From Saccostrea echinata (taxonomy: Eukaryota), in contig NW_026889750.1 in NCBI RefSeq assembly GCF_033153115.1, positions 29,512,001 through 29,576,000 on the forward strand: DNA of 64,000 nt. The letters are read 5' to 3'. How positions within the stretch are numbered: the stretch's first letter is position 1; each line of letters opens with the position of its first letter. Under the pieces are notes generated by a model. The model was given only the letters and a program-made list of their open reading frames with translations. It searched no databases and was not told the DNA's origin. The translations under genes were made by a program, and so were the position numbers. This document shows positions 62,697 through 64,000 of the stretch, piece by piece.

Positions 62697-63739
62697 GTAA
62701 AATCATGTCATGTATTTAACAGTCACATGGTACAGGGAGATTTACAATTATTTACAGAAATGTGTACGTAAAAAAGATGTCAGATAAATTATGATGGAGT
62801 AAACATGCTTTGTAAAAGTAGATGCATATTTCATAAGAACCTGCATGTGATGAGAATAAAACAAGTTGAGCATGTAATGTGGGAATGAATACATAATAAG
62901 CCTTGAACAGTGGTTTATTGAAAGGAATAATGTTTTGATTATAGTTTTTATACCTGCTATATCTTAGTTGCAGAATTTGAATAATACACAAAACCTGGAA
63001 TTAGTTGCACAGTCTATTAATTGTATTGCAAAATGATGTTGCTAAAATTTATTTTTCATTTTACTTTATGGTCTTCAGGGAAACCATACTCATATATCAA
63101 TTAAAAATTATGTTATTTGACCCTCACTTTCATTCAGCCAAGAATAATGGTCAATTTGACAGTGTGGTGGTTAGGAATCCTCTTGAGAGGAAATGATTGA
63201 ATGCAGGAATGCATTGAAACTTCAATAGATAGTCAGCTTAAAGAGAAATGGAATTAGCTGAAATAAGAGCTGATGTAACAAAAGGATATTGATGATAATT
63301 ACATGAAGCATGGAGGCTTTGTGAAGTAAGCTAAACTGATACCATAAAATTTGTCATGGTTAAGGGAATCTCAGGTTTATAAGTATATACATTAACATAA
63401 GCTGACATTAACAGGGCACCCTTCATGATCTCTTGCCTGTATTTGGTTGCCACAGGTACTAAGATTTGCTGAAATCACGATTCTTCCCATGCTTTTTAAT
63501 CAATTATAGAGCAGTTTTCTTCATTGACTCAGTAGAGGGAGATTGTGGAGTAGGATGGTGTCGGGTGGTTACGTTCCGATTCCGTGTTCGACCTGCGTGG
63601 TTACGACCCAAGTGGTTTCGACCTACTCTAATGTATATCCCTACATGTGAATACCTGAGTACAGGGGTATACACTGTGCGGTAAACAAATGGATATTCGG
63701 TAGCTGTATATTGTATGGCTTCAGAGATGTACGTGTCAA

Positions 63740-63777
63740 CAGGGACCTATATACTAACGTTAGTATATAGGTCCCTG
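63740..63777. mobile_element. 38-bp perfect palindrome with 7-bp TSD (minimal TIR-only element)
   Basis: CAGGGACCTATATACTAAC|GTTAGTATATAGGTCCCTG; GTGTCAA at 63733-63739 and 63778-63784. Confidence 0.8.
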
Positions 63778-64000
63778 GTGTCAATATAGGTAGTTGTTTC
63801 CGTATAATGTGTAGTCAACATGCAGTGAGAAGGTTTCCTAACATTTTTTTCTACTATCGCGGAGCATGGATGTTGATGAATTTGATTTAATAATGAATTA
63901 TATTTGAACAGTTTTCCATAAAAATTAATCAAATACTTCATCAATGTACCGTGATTACATATGCACTGTCTAAACATTAATGTAGGTTTCTCCAAATTAA

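Overview
AT-rich eukaryotic genomic DNA. The repeat content (Helentron/HINE-type elements with ~146-180 bp satellite cores, including ~166 bp Cg170-like units) points to a bivalve, probably an oyster (inference). Three protein-coding loci are supported. (1) A single-coding-exon 1367-aa C2H2 zinc-finger protein (+, 11501-15604) with two CtBP-type PxDLS motifs and several N-terminal CoRNR-box-like helices; a 9-codon uORF ends on its ATG. (2) A two-exon, 120-aa, probably myristoylated stathmin-like protein (-, 25773-25551 + 25322-25183) with twin CRE sites upstream. (3) The 5' part of a large + strand gene: promoter near 29.55 kb, first coding exon 48992-49181, possible alternative first exon near 62.6 kb. 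The rest is intron or intergenic DNA with many nested non-autonomous elements: hAT, PIF/Harbinger, HINEs, Tx1/L1 and Penelope-like relics, a Crypton/DIRS-like hairpin element and three near-spacerless palindromic mini-transposons. The most striking structure is a complete 460-bp miniature LTR retrotransposon (26230-26689). It has a 4-bp TSD, a tRNA-His PBS and a PPT, and each LTR contains a tRNA-Thr(AGT)-like cassette. There is one assembly gap (28978-29154). All calls were made by eye; no searches were run.
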